This document shows positions 40,214 to 52,693 of a DNA stretch of 64,000 nucleotides, piece by piece. Location: the NCBI GenBank assembly GCA_973895155.1, contig OZ316895.1, forward strand, positions 10,466,184 through 10,530,183, in the 5' to 3' direction. Every line of letters begins with the position of its first letter. Position 1 is the first letter of the stretch. The position numbers were made by a program, and so were the translations under genes. Source of the stretch: Marsupella aquatica. Taxonomy: Eukaryota > Plantae > Marchantiophyta. The notes beneath the pieces are model-generated. The model worked only from the letters and a program-made list of their open reading frames with translations, did not search any database and was not told the origin of the DNA.

Positions 40214-43157
40214 CACGAGTCTAGGAAGTTCAATTGATTTAACCAGAAATAATTTACTCCAGCCACGTCTGATGGTCTTTGGAAGCAGATTTACGGATTC
40301 TCAGAGGTACAGCACAATACTTTCAGTCCTGGGATACTAGTGAGATAGTGGTTAACCGCCTTGAAAATTTTGTCCGATGAAGGAAATAGGGTAAACCCTC
40401 CTATTAGCTTCTATTTTAACAAAACCAATTCGAAGAACATTGAGCATGTCTTAGATAAATTATTAGTCCTGAATTATTCAGGCATCTCGGAAGTACTCAA
40501 CAAGTTGACAGTAGCTCTTGGATAAGTTTCCTCGTTCGGGAGGGGCTCTGCGAGTAAATTTAGTGATCCCTTGTTCTATCCGTTGAGGATAACGATCAAT
40601 GCAAGGTCCCATTTCAAATTAATTCTTGGTTTTTCGTGAATCTTAAGTCGGCCCTGTGAAAATGTTTGACTACTAATGCAATGAGGATCTCAATTCCAAT
40701 GTGATTGGGGGTGTAAATTCTAATCTTGACCCTCCCTACAGCTGAAAATTACACAACTGTCACAAGTACGCAAGTTTAGATATCACATCTCTAACCAGGA
40801 CTGATATTTGGTCTCGATGGGTCCCCACAATTTTATGATCGCTTTTTGGGAGTCTTGAGCAACAGCATCTTTGATTGTCTCCTAAAATCAAACATGGAGT
40901 TAGATTGTCATTTGCTGATCGGAACTCTTTCGTGGTTTATGGCTTTCGATTTAACCCTTCCACAGGGCTCCCGGAAGGAGTTCCTACAAATGTGCACGCT
41001 TTTATTTGTCTTCTCGAAGGAGCTATTCTTGGGTTTCTCTTCAACCAACAGCCCACCAAACCCACGTTTACATGTAAGAATTTGAAAATTGCGCTTAGAG
41101 CTTCCGTTTGTTTCACTTGTGTTCCCGTGACTACGAACCAGACCACATTCTTTCGTGACTTTGACCCTTGGGCCTAATGTCTTAATAAAGAACCGAGTTT
41201 ATTCTTGCGTAGTTTGAGCCTTTGGGCCTAAATTTCTTCATTGGACATAGGGAAGCTTACATTCCTTTTTTGTCATAGAAAGGAATATCCCGAAAGTAAA
41301 AAATATTTTTCGTTAACGATTGAAAACATAAATTTACCTGTCATTAATAAAAGTCCAAAAAACGGAACTCAAATCTGTTTTGCACGATGACTTGACTATG
41401 GCTGAAGTTGAGATACAGCACACTATTAATAAAGTCAAGCTTACCAACTGACACCTTGAAAACCCACAAAAGCACGAAGGGCACGATGAAGGGCAGGACA
41501 TGACTATGCCGTTCGCTCAAACAGGACTGTATGGAGAGAGAAATAACTCGACAAAAGACTGAGAATTCGGCTTCAAATGAAGCATCCACTGCAGCCCAGA
41601 GACTTCAAATTACTTACCAGAAGGCACTTTCCAGAACCGGATTACAATTATTTGACCCTATTCCAGCACAGTCGAATCAGCTCACATCAACACCACAGCT
41701 TATTCTGTGTTGGCTGACCATGTATTGCAAACTTGTTGAGCAAAAAGAGTAAAAGTGGTCTATGAATTGAACTATGGTAGCAACGCTCTATTTATAATAT
41801 GCCTCGGGGACACGAACAAATATCCAACTCTGTGGGTGGACATTCGTGAGACAAATATCGCTCGATCAATTTGCAACCCTACGAAAGGACTGACTGCGCT
41901 GAGCTTCCACGAGGAAAACGAGAGACGAAGAAATGGATCGTATGGTTGTGAATCTGGGTGTGAAGAAAGGAAGAAGAAATAGGCGAGGAAACACGCATCA
42001 ACTTCGGTGATCCTCGTACGGCGACCTTTCTTCGAGGGAAGCATTTGGTTCCATCGACAGACACATTGTGCAGCTCATAAGTCTTCTGCCTTTGCACCAA
42101 ATTGCACAAACAACCGCAACATGAAAAGAGAGTAACGAGAAAGCGCAAAGTCGATAACTACTGCAAGGTCGAGAAGCGTCTACTACAGTCCGTCGTTGCG
42201 TCGTAAACTGGTTCACTGCCATGCTAAAAAGTTGGGCGTGTGCTTAGTTTCGGTCGGGCCCGCAGTTGGTCGCGAAATGGAATGGCCGTGCATATTACAC
42301 AGTTTCCTCAGTTGACACGTTTCCCGGGACGGGAAGCGCACTTTAGGGCAGGTGCCGATGAGTCAGAAAAGGAGTGACTTATAGGAAACAAGATATCGGT
42401 TGAGGTTCCCGTTCAGCAGACGACGGGAATTTCTTGTTGTAAAGGGTTGCATCGTGATGGTGACTGCAATTCGGTCGGTGCTGTAGATCATTTCGTTGGA
42501 TTTTTTATGCCACGGAGAACAGAGTAGAGCAGGAAGGGCAGCTGGAGGAAGAGAAGGTTGCCCTTGTTTGTTTGGGCGAAAATAGAGGACGCCTCGTTGA
42601 CCAGGACTTTCAATCGGTAGAATTTGCTCGATCTTTCCATTGGACCATGGGGTGACGCTAAGCTAACATACAGCACATTGCACCGGAAGCTCCGCAGAGC
42701 TTTCAGATCGATAGCTACGTTGTCAGGCGTTCTCTACCTGAATTCCGTAATCTGCCCCCCTAGGCATGAAAATCCGGACTCGCTTCATTTGCTTTTTGAC
42801 AAATCGTCGTTGTGATACTGGCGTGCATTGGTCGGAATCGGGAAATTAAGTTTGGATGATTTGGCATCCAGATCGTCAGCAGGTGGTGCTCGAATTGGAA
42901 TCTCGCTCAATTCTCTCTAGAAGGCTCGAGATCTGCTGTTGTTCGAAGTGATCGTAAACCTGAGTTTCTCCAGCACGGAGATTGAGTGAAGGGAATTATC
43001 CAGAGCACGGACTCATGAGTTTAGCCGCATCTTGATCATCTTTCAAGATCTGTATCAGAGTTTGGGGCGACAAGGGCAAATGTAGATCACTGTAGAGAGC
43101 TGACCGAATGTGATTGTGGCTATCTAGATCGAAATGAGCAGCAGGGATTGATAGAAC

Positions 43158-46100
43158 ATGGAGGCTGTAAAGTTGAGAGAGCACTATCAGCAGGCTCTGC
43201 TTTTGCTGTCGAATCTGCAACAGCACCCTTCTACCCACGAGCGTGCTCTGTCCAAACTCTTTCTGCTGGTTCGGCTCTGCTATTCAATTCAGAAAACCGC
43301 TACCTCTCTCCCTGACAAGGATTCCAGCACGATTTGGCAGCAGTGAGTACCGACTTTCCTCCCATTGAATAACCTAACCCTTGCTTTCCAGGAATTAGAT
43401 TGCGATACCTGTCATGGTTATTACTTTGGAAACATTTAGCCTCGCGTCAAATGTGTCTGTGTTTTTCGAGTCCTCAGTGCAAACTGTGGTTGGACCTTAC
43501 CCCTGAACATGCTGGAAAGGGGAATTACGGGTGGTTTGCAAAGCATGGTGCCCTCCCAGAGTTCATTTATCACGGCAGTCATAAAGTGTTGTCATCTACG
43601 ATTCGTGGCTGTACAGGCGTGCTGCTACTCTACACAGTGATCTTACAACAGCTACAGCTCAGTTTCTTCAATCTGGAGATCAGGTCGACCCTCAGTGACT
43701 CAGAAGTCATCCTATGCTTTAGGATATCTCTAGCTGTTTGTATTCACCGGTAGTATACATTGTCGCCATCTTGTAGATCTTCCTAGTCCTACTTCTTGCC
43801 AAGATCTTAGCTTGTGACATCAGCCGGACTATCATCTGTACCATGCCCGCACGTTCAGAGGTGTATGCATCAAAATTGAGATATTTCTTTTTCTGAAAAA
43901 GAGCGCCGCTTTTCTGTCAGCAGTCTGGCGAGCAGTTCTGGGATGGATGCTTACGGTTATTGGTGAGTGATTCCAGCTTTGAAAGTCGCCGGAGATGTTG
44001 ATACCTGTTGCAGATGTCAAATTTGTAGAGCTTAGGTGCGCTAGACACATACAGTAATGAATTTGTTGAGGTGTGATAGTTTTAGTACTAGCTGTTGTGC
44101 ATATAAACTCCTTTTGCGTAGTTTATTGTTTGCCTTCCCTTCATCTGCCAACAAGAGGGCTCTTTTCTTTCGTGGTTGAATGAAACCAGTATTGTGGAGC
44201 TGAAGCATATGACCAAATCGAAAAAGAGAAAGACACACTGGTGGCTCAGTTGCTGGTCGAAAAAGAGCATCGTGCTCGACTGGAGCAAACCCTACTAGAT
44301 CAGGTCTTGTACAATTCTCTGACCCATTTAGATACTTGAGCTTTATAGAGATCTTGTTTCTGATACCCCCAATTTTAGCTTCTTCGGCCTTATCTATCAC
44401 GGGTAGATGCAAGCACAAGTAATATTCTTTTAATTAGAGCTTCAACGGACAAAAGGAACTGCAAGATCTGAGCCTCCCACATAATGTTCTTGGTTAAACA
44501 GCACCAGAAAGTTGAAACTGGGGTGAAGGAAACTATGGAGCTGCGCTCGAAAATTGCAAGACAGCAACAAATTATTGAGCCCTTGGAGAAGAATTACAGG
44601 TTTGTGCTAATGCTGATCACCTTTTGGAGGCCTGTATGTCATGTTTGGTCTTCATATCTGCTTTGGACCTTCGTTTTACTGAAGACCTACTGCGGTAATC
44701 TGTGAGACATGCAATCCAGTTCCTGCGCTTTAAAGGTGATGCTCTTAAATTATTTTGTTTTGCTCTCTCCAATTCACACCTGAGACCTGCAGGTTGACCT
44801 TCTGGAATGCCCTGTCGCGAGGATAAACCGATTAGACTTCTGGATCTACTGTATTAGTATCTCGCTTGGCTGCGTTATGTTGCACGACTTCGATAGGTCA
44901 ACTTCTGGAAAATTCTAATGCAATCCACTTGAACTGATTGATACTTGCGGAATATTTGGGGGATTGGAGACACTGGAGCACTGAACAGTCCTGGACCTTT
45001 TGTGTTCTTTTTCCTCTCTAAGATCTGTATTTCGTATTCTGTTTACAGAGAAACACATCACCGCTTGGATGTTACCCTTAAGGAGAAGCATGCTCTCTCA
45101 GCTGAGAAGGACATTCTTGATCAAGAACGTACCAAAAATTTGCAGATGCTTGAACGGCAGGTCTCGTTCCATCTTCTTCCTCTTTAAACTAGGACGGAGA
45201 ATTGGTGGTCATTATAAACAGAGCTTGAAAAGATACTCGTTACATTTAAAATTAGAAGGCCTACCTTGTAGGTCTTCCAGCCATGATTATCACTTCCGCA
45301 AGGTTTCTGCTAAAAATTCATCTTTGAAAGGATAGTGTTCCCTTCGTCTGGGATTATACTTCTCTAAGAAAGAAGATGATCCTTGTATACAGGCTAAAGC
45401 TATTAAACAATTGATGGAGCAATGTGAGGCTCACGCAAAGGAGAAAAATGAGGCGTTGGAGTTAGTAAAGTCGAGTAATGATGATAATCACACCTTACGG
45501 GTCAATTTGGGCCAGCATGGGCAGGTAATACTCAGAGTCTTTGCTGAAAACTGATTGGAGAGCAAGGTTTAAGCTGGCAGCTCTCAAGGTTTTTATCCTT
45601 ACAGTTTTTTGTTCCCTTTGCAGATAATTGAGAATCTCATCAATCTCAATGCAGAAATGATGGATGCAGCAAACTATTATTCATTTCAGCTAGAAGAGAA
45701 AAAGACTTTGGAACAGCAACAAGAAAACATGCGGCCCTCTTCAGGGGATGGTGACCAAATTGAGGAGAATGTTGAGGACGGGTCAGACGAATCGTTTATT
45801 GAAATCAAATCCGCCGTGCCCTCACAGGTTCATGACAAACAGGCTTCTCCAACTTTAAGCTCAACCGAAGTTAAATCCGAATTACCTCTAGCATTAAGTT
45901 CTACCGAAATTAAATCCGAACCCTCTATAGGGCCTCGTCGTACAGAAAATAAATTCAAACCCTCTCCAGGATCAAGCCCAGACAGAATTACAAGTGGACC
46001 TCCTCCAGATCTTTTCTCTAGAATCAAGGGGATGAAGCCGTCATCAAATGCTTCAAATAATCTCTCCACAATAGAGCAACCGCATCCTTTGAATGCTCAT

Positions 46101-46733
46101 CTTATGGTAAGCAAATTGCTCTACATTCTCATCGGTCATTTTCTTTTGAGGTTGCAGAGTACAGAAGCTTGCTTTCTAGCAATGCGTTGGGAATTCGGCA
46201 GGATGTGCATAATAGGAAGTGTACTCCAGAGTGAAGAATTACTTCTTTGGTGCGGTGCCTCTTTAACATGCTCCAGGTTGTTGATGACCAAGTTTCTAAA
46301 AAAGCTACAAAATGACTGGACTTGTGATTATCTGATAGGTCACTCAGACTTTGTTTGTATGAATCTGAGCCAAGCATTGTTTCCTTACCAGCCTTTGGAG
46401 AATGGGGAGGACCTCCTTAATAGGAGTGAAGCGAAGAGGAAAAATATAGCATGGAGTTCAGACATGCTCATTTCTCAACGAGGCTCTGCTTCTTTTGAAA
46501 GCTTACAGGGCCTAGTAGAAAAAGAAACTTACTCGCATGGCTCTTCATCTTTGGATAACTTGAAAGATCTTGATGAAAGTGCCTCCACAGTCCCATCAAG
46601 TGCACCTAGTGTCTTTAGAAAGTTTGGGGGTATTGGGGGAAGGTTGCACGCTGTAGGTGGTAAGGCGAAAGGCTTTCTAGACTTCGTAGCTGGTGCAGAT
46701 CTCGCTCCAAAAGAAAGTCCAGAAGGATTATAA
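43158..46733 (+). CDS. Coiled-coil protein, possibly related to the plant family ending in ...VSGADL (At2g38580-like)
   Basis: GT-AG bounded exons at about 43158-43341, 44502-44599, 45049-45160, 45393-45524, 45622-46106 and 46392-46733. The translation is heptad-rich (E/K/Q/L), followed by an S/P-rich region and a C-terminal FLDFVAGADL. The family assignment is from memory only. Confidence 0.7.
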
Positions 46734-47403
46734 GCAAGACAGATGATAATTGGGTTCCTGAGATCACCTGACCTTGTGTTTTTTTGTCTTTTAGCTGAGG
46801 TTGGAACATGGGGCTCATAGAAAAAATTGTATTTTTTCATGAGACCTATAATCACAAGGCTACCGCGCATGCTATGGAATTAGTTTTGTCTAGAGTCAGG
46901 ATGGAATTAAGTGTACCCGAGGTGCATTGTTGCTGCGCCGTCTCTTCTTAGAATGAAAGATGTCAGTGGGTACTATGTCATAATCATTCAGGGTGGAGTC
47001 ATCCTGTCTCACGCACTCTCGTACCGACTTGACTAGATGTCAGCCATGGACTCTTACGTTTCAGCTTTCAATTTTTAGTATGCTAATCTCGATTTCCTTT
47101 TGCAGTATGTCTTCAATTCTGGACAATTCCCAGTTCAATTTTTGTAGTTCTTGTGATCTGAACTTGGAGTTGAGTTTGGATGTGATCCAACAGATAGAGC
47201 ACATGACCGTTGGACTTCATCTATACGGCAGATAAGCCTGCTCAGAATATTAGATATTGTGTGCATCTGGCGACCGTAGTGTGTGACCAGTTATGTCTTT
47301 CAGCGTTGCATCACAAACTCCAAGTGCGTCCAACATGAGGGAACATCCTCCACCACCAAACCACACACGAGCGACGAGGCGTGAGATGGCTGGAAAACCA
47401 ATT

Positions 47404-48157
47404 GGGCGTGTCAAAGCAGAGCTATAACTGAGGAGGACTGCATTTGGGAGTTTTTTTCACCAAAGCAAACTGGAGGGCCATTGCACACACTAAATAGTGT
47501 CCCCGGGCTAAAAGCATTTTTTGAATCCTTTTATTACCTCCAAGGTCTTGTAAAGCCAAGTGCAGCCAATGGTGCCAGGTCACCTAATCTTTAGCTAAAG
47601 TCTTTATAAATGTGAGAAGAGAATATCTTATGAAGGACTTGTGAGTACTTTTTTTTTACAAATGACTTAAAATAGAAACGGACCAAGCGGCCAGAAGAAG
47701 AGACCACCAGGAGAGGTGGTCTAAAATCTAGGACAAAAAAGTGCTCCACATAAGCAAAAATTGGGCCCCATTGCATTCCATGTAGGATTGGTAACGGGTT
47801 TGATTGAAAGTACCCCCAACAGTACCCCCAATGTTTTGTAAAGTGAACAACAACAGTTTCTCTCAAATGGATGGCAAAAAACCCTAAATCTTGGAGAAAA
47901 AAAAGTGGAAACTGCCCCCAACGTCTTGTAAAGCCACCCTGAGTTATGGTTCAAGACATAAAATGTTGTTACGGCCAGGACAAAATCACTATGGGCTACC
48001 AAAATATGTACCCCATAAAAGGTGATAGGTCCAAAAAAATAAAACCATGACACGGACAAAATCACTATGGACTACCAAAATATGTACCCCATAAAAGGTG
48101 ATATGTCCAAAAAATATAACTATGACACTTTGGTTATGGGAAACCTTTGACACACCC
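47404..48157. mobile_element. Putative PIF/Harbinger (Tourist-like) MITE
   Basis: 13-bp terminal inverted repeats GGGCGTGTCAAAG / CTTTGACACACCC (one mismatch). Right flank is TAA, left flank is ATT (imperfect TSD). AT-rich non-coding interior. Confidence 0.55.
47978..48128. repeat. About 76-bp tandem duplication inside the putative MITE
   Basis: GGACAAAATCACTATGG.CTACCAAAATATGTACCCCATAAAAGGTGATA...ATGACAC occurs twice. Confidence 0.9.
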
Positions 48158-48260
48158 TAATAATAGATATTGGCTTCTCATATGATTCATTTAATTGGCA
48201 CCAACAAAGAAGGGATGTCTAAGTTCTAGCAGATGATGAAGTAGCCAAGGATGGTAAAAC

Positions 48261-48590
48261 TGTTAGATATTGCTCTAGTCTTGTGACTCATGAGCTAACC
48301 ACAGTTAGGCTAACTCGGGTTAGGATTTAGCTAATGTTAGTGGTAGTGTTGTTGTGAATATAGCCAGACCCTGGTGAAACTTAGGCTCATTGTTATGGAG
48401 CTAGTTGAGAGATAGGGAAAACTTGTGCTGTGGATGCTTGGTATGGCCTGTCGGCCTAGAGTGCAGTAAAACTCTTGTGTGTTCCCGTGGACGTAGCCTC
48501 ATGTGGAGGTGAACCATGTATCTCTGTGTCGACTCTTGTGCGATGGATGGTTCATGGGCTTGCTGTTGCGAACGTTGTCTATGCTCAACA
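48261..48590 (+). mobile_element. Solo LTR of a sister family of the 6.6-11.4 kb Copia LTRs
   Basis: 330 bp, TGTTAG...CTCAACA, with a perfect AAAAC TSD. Shares blocks with the reverse complement of the 7448 LTR (TAGTCTTGTGACTCA, GCTAACCACAGTTAGG, GTGGACGTAGCCT, GGTGAACCA, TGTGTCGACT, GTTGCGAA). Confidence 0.88.
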
Positions 48591-49064
48591 AAAACACCAT
48601 ATAACTTCAGCTCATTTATATCAATGAGCCACATCCTGCACATTTTGTTATGTAGTTTACATTGTACTGGTTGGTTGGGTCCTTGAGTAATTTGTAATCC
48701 ATCTGAGCATGGCTAAATCTCATTAAAGAATTAGGCATTAATCATCTGAATAAACCATGAGCATCATCCTAAAAATAATTTTCTAACAGCATCCAAGATT
48801 TTCCAGCACAACCCAGACTGAGACACACACATACCAAAGAATGATCTACAAAGAAAACTCTGGAAAACTAAACTCTAAACTTGTAAAGAATGCTGCAAAA
48901 GTCCATTTGAGTATTTTGGACAATTGTGGATGCCATGGGGGACATCATGCTAAATCCTCTAGACTGCACTACATTAAATAGTCTTCTCCCATATGGGACG
49001 GGAGGCTGTAGAGAAACTTTTGTAATAGGCATTAAGATAGTTTGGGAGTAAAATCACTTTCCAG

Positions 49065-49670
49065 ATTTTTATTATTATATTATATTATTTTTATTTCAAA
49101 AAGGGCAGCACCCATATACTTTATTAATGTCTGGAATACAACAGCCAAAACAAACCCGTCGAAGAAGAAGGAGACAGGACAGAACAAAAAAGAACAAAGA
49201 GGGGCTAGAAGAGGGAGCACCCCCAGAGAAAAGAGAAAAGCCAAACCCAACCAGTCCGCCTGGAGGAGGAGGCGGAAAAGGGAGGAAGGGAGGACCCCAG
49301 AAAGCAGAGAATTGCCACCAAGTACCAACCGAACTAGAACAAAAGAGGAATAAACTGAGCCGCAACCAAGCCAACTTATATCAGGACTTGTCCTAGAACC
49401 CACCTAACACCACTCCCGACACCTGCCAAGAACTGGAACATCTCCCAACAGCTCCACAAAACTCCAAATAGATAGCCCACAGTGCAACTCATCTCATTAC
49501 ATCTGTGATAATGTATATCTCATCGATTATATGACAACCTGGTGTAACCCAGATCCATTCAGAAATGGACGCGATTCCAAACCTCCTATCCACTGCACCC
49601 ACTCTCCAACACTGTATGAGGCACTAGAGCCATCTGGCAAGCTCCATCTTGTGCAGAAGGATTCTCTCAA
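49065..49670 (-). mobile_element. Possible 5'-truncated LINE 3' end
   Basis: On the minus strand a T/C-rich tract leads to AATAAA and an A-rich degenerate tail near 49065-49096. No TSD or RT motif found. Confidence 0.35.
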
Positions 49671-49836
49671 TATAATTTAATTAGTGCCCTCTCCTATAGT
49701 ACTCTCATTTAGTTGAGCTGGGTGTCCATCCACACACACATACTGATAAGAGAACAGAATGCCTGAATACCCATTCTTTGAATCACATTAGTGATAACAA
49801 AAATAAGCATGCATGATCATTTTGACAACCATAGAC

Positions 49837-49974
49837 CCCATTCTCCTCTCTATTGATATATACATTTGGTGGGCCCTAGAGTTAGTGTCTAGAGCATGCA
49901 TTTTGACATACCATTGATCCCATTTCCCTCTCCATTGATATACATTTGGTGGGCCCTAGAGTTAGTGTCTAGAG
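49837..49974 (+). promoter_or_regulatory. Duplicated proximal promoter segment of ClpR4 carrying GTGGGCCC (TCP/site II-like) twice
   Basis: CCCATT...CTCT..ATTGATATA(TA)CATTTGGTGGGCCCTAGAGTTAGTGTCTAGAG occurs twice, about 100-240 bp upstream of the ATG. Confidence 0.5.
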
Positions 49975-50075
49975 GCTCCTCCTACACTCCAACTCTAGCT
50001 TCTGTTGCTTCTGTTCCAGAATTTGTAGTAAGATTATAACGAAGACAGACAGAGAGACAGGGGAAAAAATTGGCG

Positions 50076-52693
50076 ATGGCAGGTTTGGAAACGAGCAGCA
50101 GCTGCTTACGAGGCACAATTGCAGCGATGGACTCCTTCCTGCCCACCACCTCGTCGTCTGTTGGACCTCGGATCGTTAGGTTCAGTGGTGGCCTCGGAGG
50201 ATTTGGAAAGAGGCGGGCAGGAGCTCCTGTTTCGCAGGTGGCGAAAAGTTTCAGGGGAGCTCCTCGGCAACAGAAGCAGAAGAAAAATGGAGGCGGGATT
50301 TGCGTTCTCGGCAGCTCGTTGTTGTCTAGCTTCGTGGGCGGAAGCGTGCATGGCGCAGTCGCCGGACAAGGGCTTTTCCAGCTCTCCAAAGGGCTCAGTG
50401 AACAATCTAGTAATACTCGTAGAGGCGCTCGGCGAGGTGTTGTCAACATGGTACGACGACCAAGATGATGCTTTGTGATTTTTGTGCTGTGTTTCTGAGA
50501 AGACGGAATTTGTCGTGGATCCCATCGTAAGATGAATTGGGTTGAATTTTTCCAACTGTGTCTTTGTAGAGGCCTTTGTGTTGCTCCAAAGGCTGGTTCT
50601 CGCATGTCTGGGAATCAACCCTATTTATCCATGATGAATTCGACCTCACTGGGCTAGCAGCTTGCATGCTGATTTTGTTCCAAAATCTGGCTCTAGATTT
50701 TTTTGCCTAATCGAGAGCGTACTGGTCCGTTTCAGGTGATTCCATTTCAAAGAGGAGACGCAACTCAGCAGCCACCTCCTGATTTGCCTTCTTATCTCTT
50801 CAAAAATCGGATAGTGTTTCTGGGCATGTCCCTTGTGCCCTCTGTCACAGAATTGATAATGGCAGAGCTGCTCTACCTGCAGTACGAAGACCCAGAAAAG
50901 CCTATTTATATGTATATCAACTCAACGGGGACGACTAAGGTACGTAGGAAGGTTTTTCTGTGGCTAGCGGTGTCGAGGGCTAGAAGGAATGATTTTTAAA
51001 TTCAGACAATACACCAGAAGGTGCTTGGCTACAAGGATAATTTTGAACTTGTCAGAGCTCCTATAGATTTCTTTCCAAGTTAATCTTACGATCGCAACTT
51101 TCTGGATCACGGCAGGACGGGGAAAAGCTTGGATATGAGACTGAAGCATTTGCAATTTATGACACAATGAGGTATTGTTGCACAATAATCTATCGCGAAA
51201 ACTCTGCACCTGGCCTGCTTAACGTTTACTTTCTTAGTGTAGTCCAATTGAAAGAATTGACAATCTTTGTAAAGATTTCATGCCAAGCCGGGCTGAATGG
51301 ATTTGTGGGAATGTGCAATTGGAGGGTGCAGGTATGTAAAGCCTCCCATCTTTACCCTATGTGTAGGGAATGCATGGGGGGAAGCAGCTTTGCTGTTGGC
51401 AGCCGGCTCGAAGGGTAATAGGGCTGCTTTACCTTCATCGACAATAATGATTAAACAGGTGAGGCTCTGCACAGTCCCCCCAAAAGCATGTGTTTTGATT
51501 CTAGCCCTCTTATCCCCTAAACCCTAAATACAAGAAACCTACTGAATGGCGTGATCTGGGTCTGACAATAATATGTGATTTTGGTGAATCGACAGCCAAT
51601 AGCACAGTTTCGTGGACAAGCAACAGACATTGATATTGCACGAAAGGAAGTGCGGAACATTAAAACTGAGCTGGTAACTCCCTCTCTCCTTTGTCCCTTT
51701 GTGGGTCACTTGTTAGCTTCAAGGTTTTTAATCCCTTGGTCAGCATCTTTCATTCAGCCACTTGCCAACTGCGACATAATATGGCAACTGTTCCGTATTT
51801 GGTAAGGTAGCTTTTGCTTTTGAATGCTCGTCTGAGGTTGTTTTGCTTCTCTTATATTTTTCTGTCTTTTGTTTTAGCATGCACAAAATTTGCTAAGTTA
51901 TCAAAGGTGCTGCCAGTACCTGTGTTTAAGAATAGCGACACTGCAGTGCCTGACGTAATCATGAGAAGCCCCATGTGAGCCCTCTCATAAAGTTCAATGG
52001 ACCAAGCATTGAACTTCTTATTGTTAGCACAAATCTTCGCATCCGATTAAAATTTAATCATGGATGGAGAATGTGGAAATATTATGACAGTGACCGACGT
52101 GATTTAATCTCATCTAAGCCAATGTAGCAATCAAGCACAACAAACTTATGAATTGACTAATCGTTGTCTCAAATGATATTTGTTGAGTAGGTGAACCTAT
52201 ATGCACGGCATTTGGGGCATTCAGCGGAGGAGATTGAGGAGGATATCAGACGGCCAAAGTATTTCAGCCCTGAAGAAGCTATCGAGTATGGTATCATCGA
52301 TAAGGTATGAATTGTCCACAGACCCTAGTACTTTTCTCCTCTAGACCTATGACCCTGCGTCGAGTATTTTAAAAGTATCTCGACACTTGTTCTTGTTAAG
52401 ACTTGTAATACTTCATCATGGCGCACTTCATCGCGAAGCGTTTGGATGGGTACTTTTTACGTTTTGCCTGATTTCAAATCATGTTGCATGCTCTCCTTGC
52501 ACACAAAACGGTCGTCTTTCCTAGATTTGTTCGGGCACTAGAGGCCATTCTAGTATTGTTTATCTCTAATACCTAAAGGAGTTCATCTTAACAAGCTGTG
52601 CGCGGGTTCTGGGGACTGAGACAGGTACTATATTCTGAGAAGGGCCAGGAGAAGGGCTTGGTTGCAGACTTCAAAAGAGCACAGCTGATTTGA
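50076..52693 (+). CDS. CLPR4: Plastid ATP-dependent Clp protease proteolytic subunit-related protein 4 (non-catalytic), multi-exon
   Basis: Exon 1 is a transit-peptide-like S/G/R-rich stretch. Later exons give QQPPPDLPSYLFKNRIVFLGMSLVPSVTEL, YINSTGTTK, TLCVGNAWGEAALLL and IMIKQPI (catalytic Ser and His replaced), RPKYFSPEEAIEYGIIDKV, and the end KRAQLI* at 52693. Confidence 0.95.

Noticed and set aside
41330-42230. Possible minus-strand gene divergent from the coiled-coil gene
   Set aside because: Only short ORFs and isolated donor-like sites; no coherent exon chain or homology.
49982-50618. Long minus-strand ORFs (207 and 170 aa)
   Set aside because: They are antisense shadows of the GC-rich ClpR4 exon 1, with no recognisable domain.
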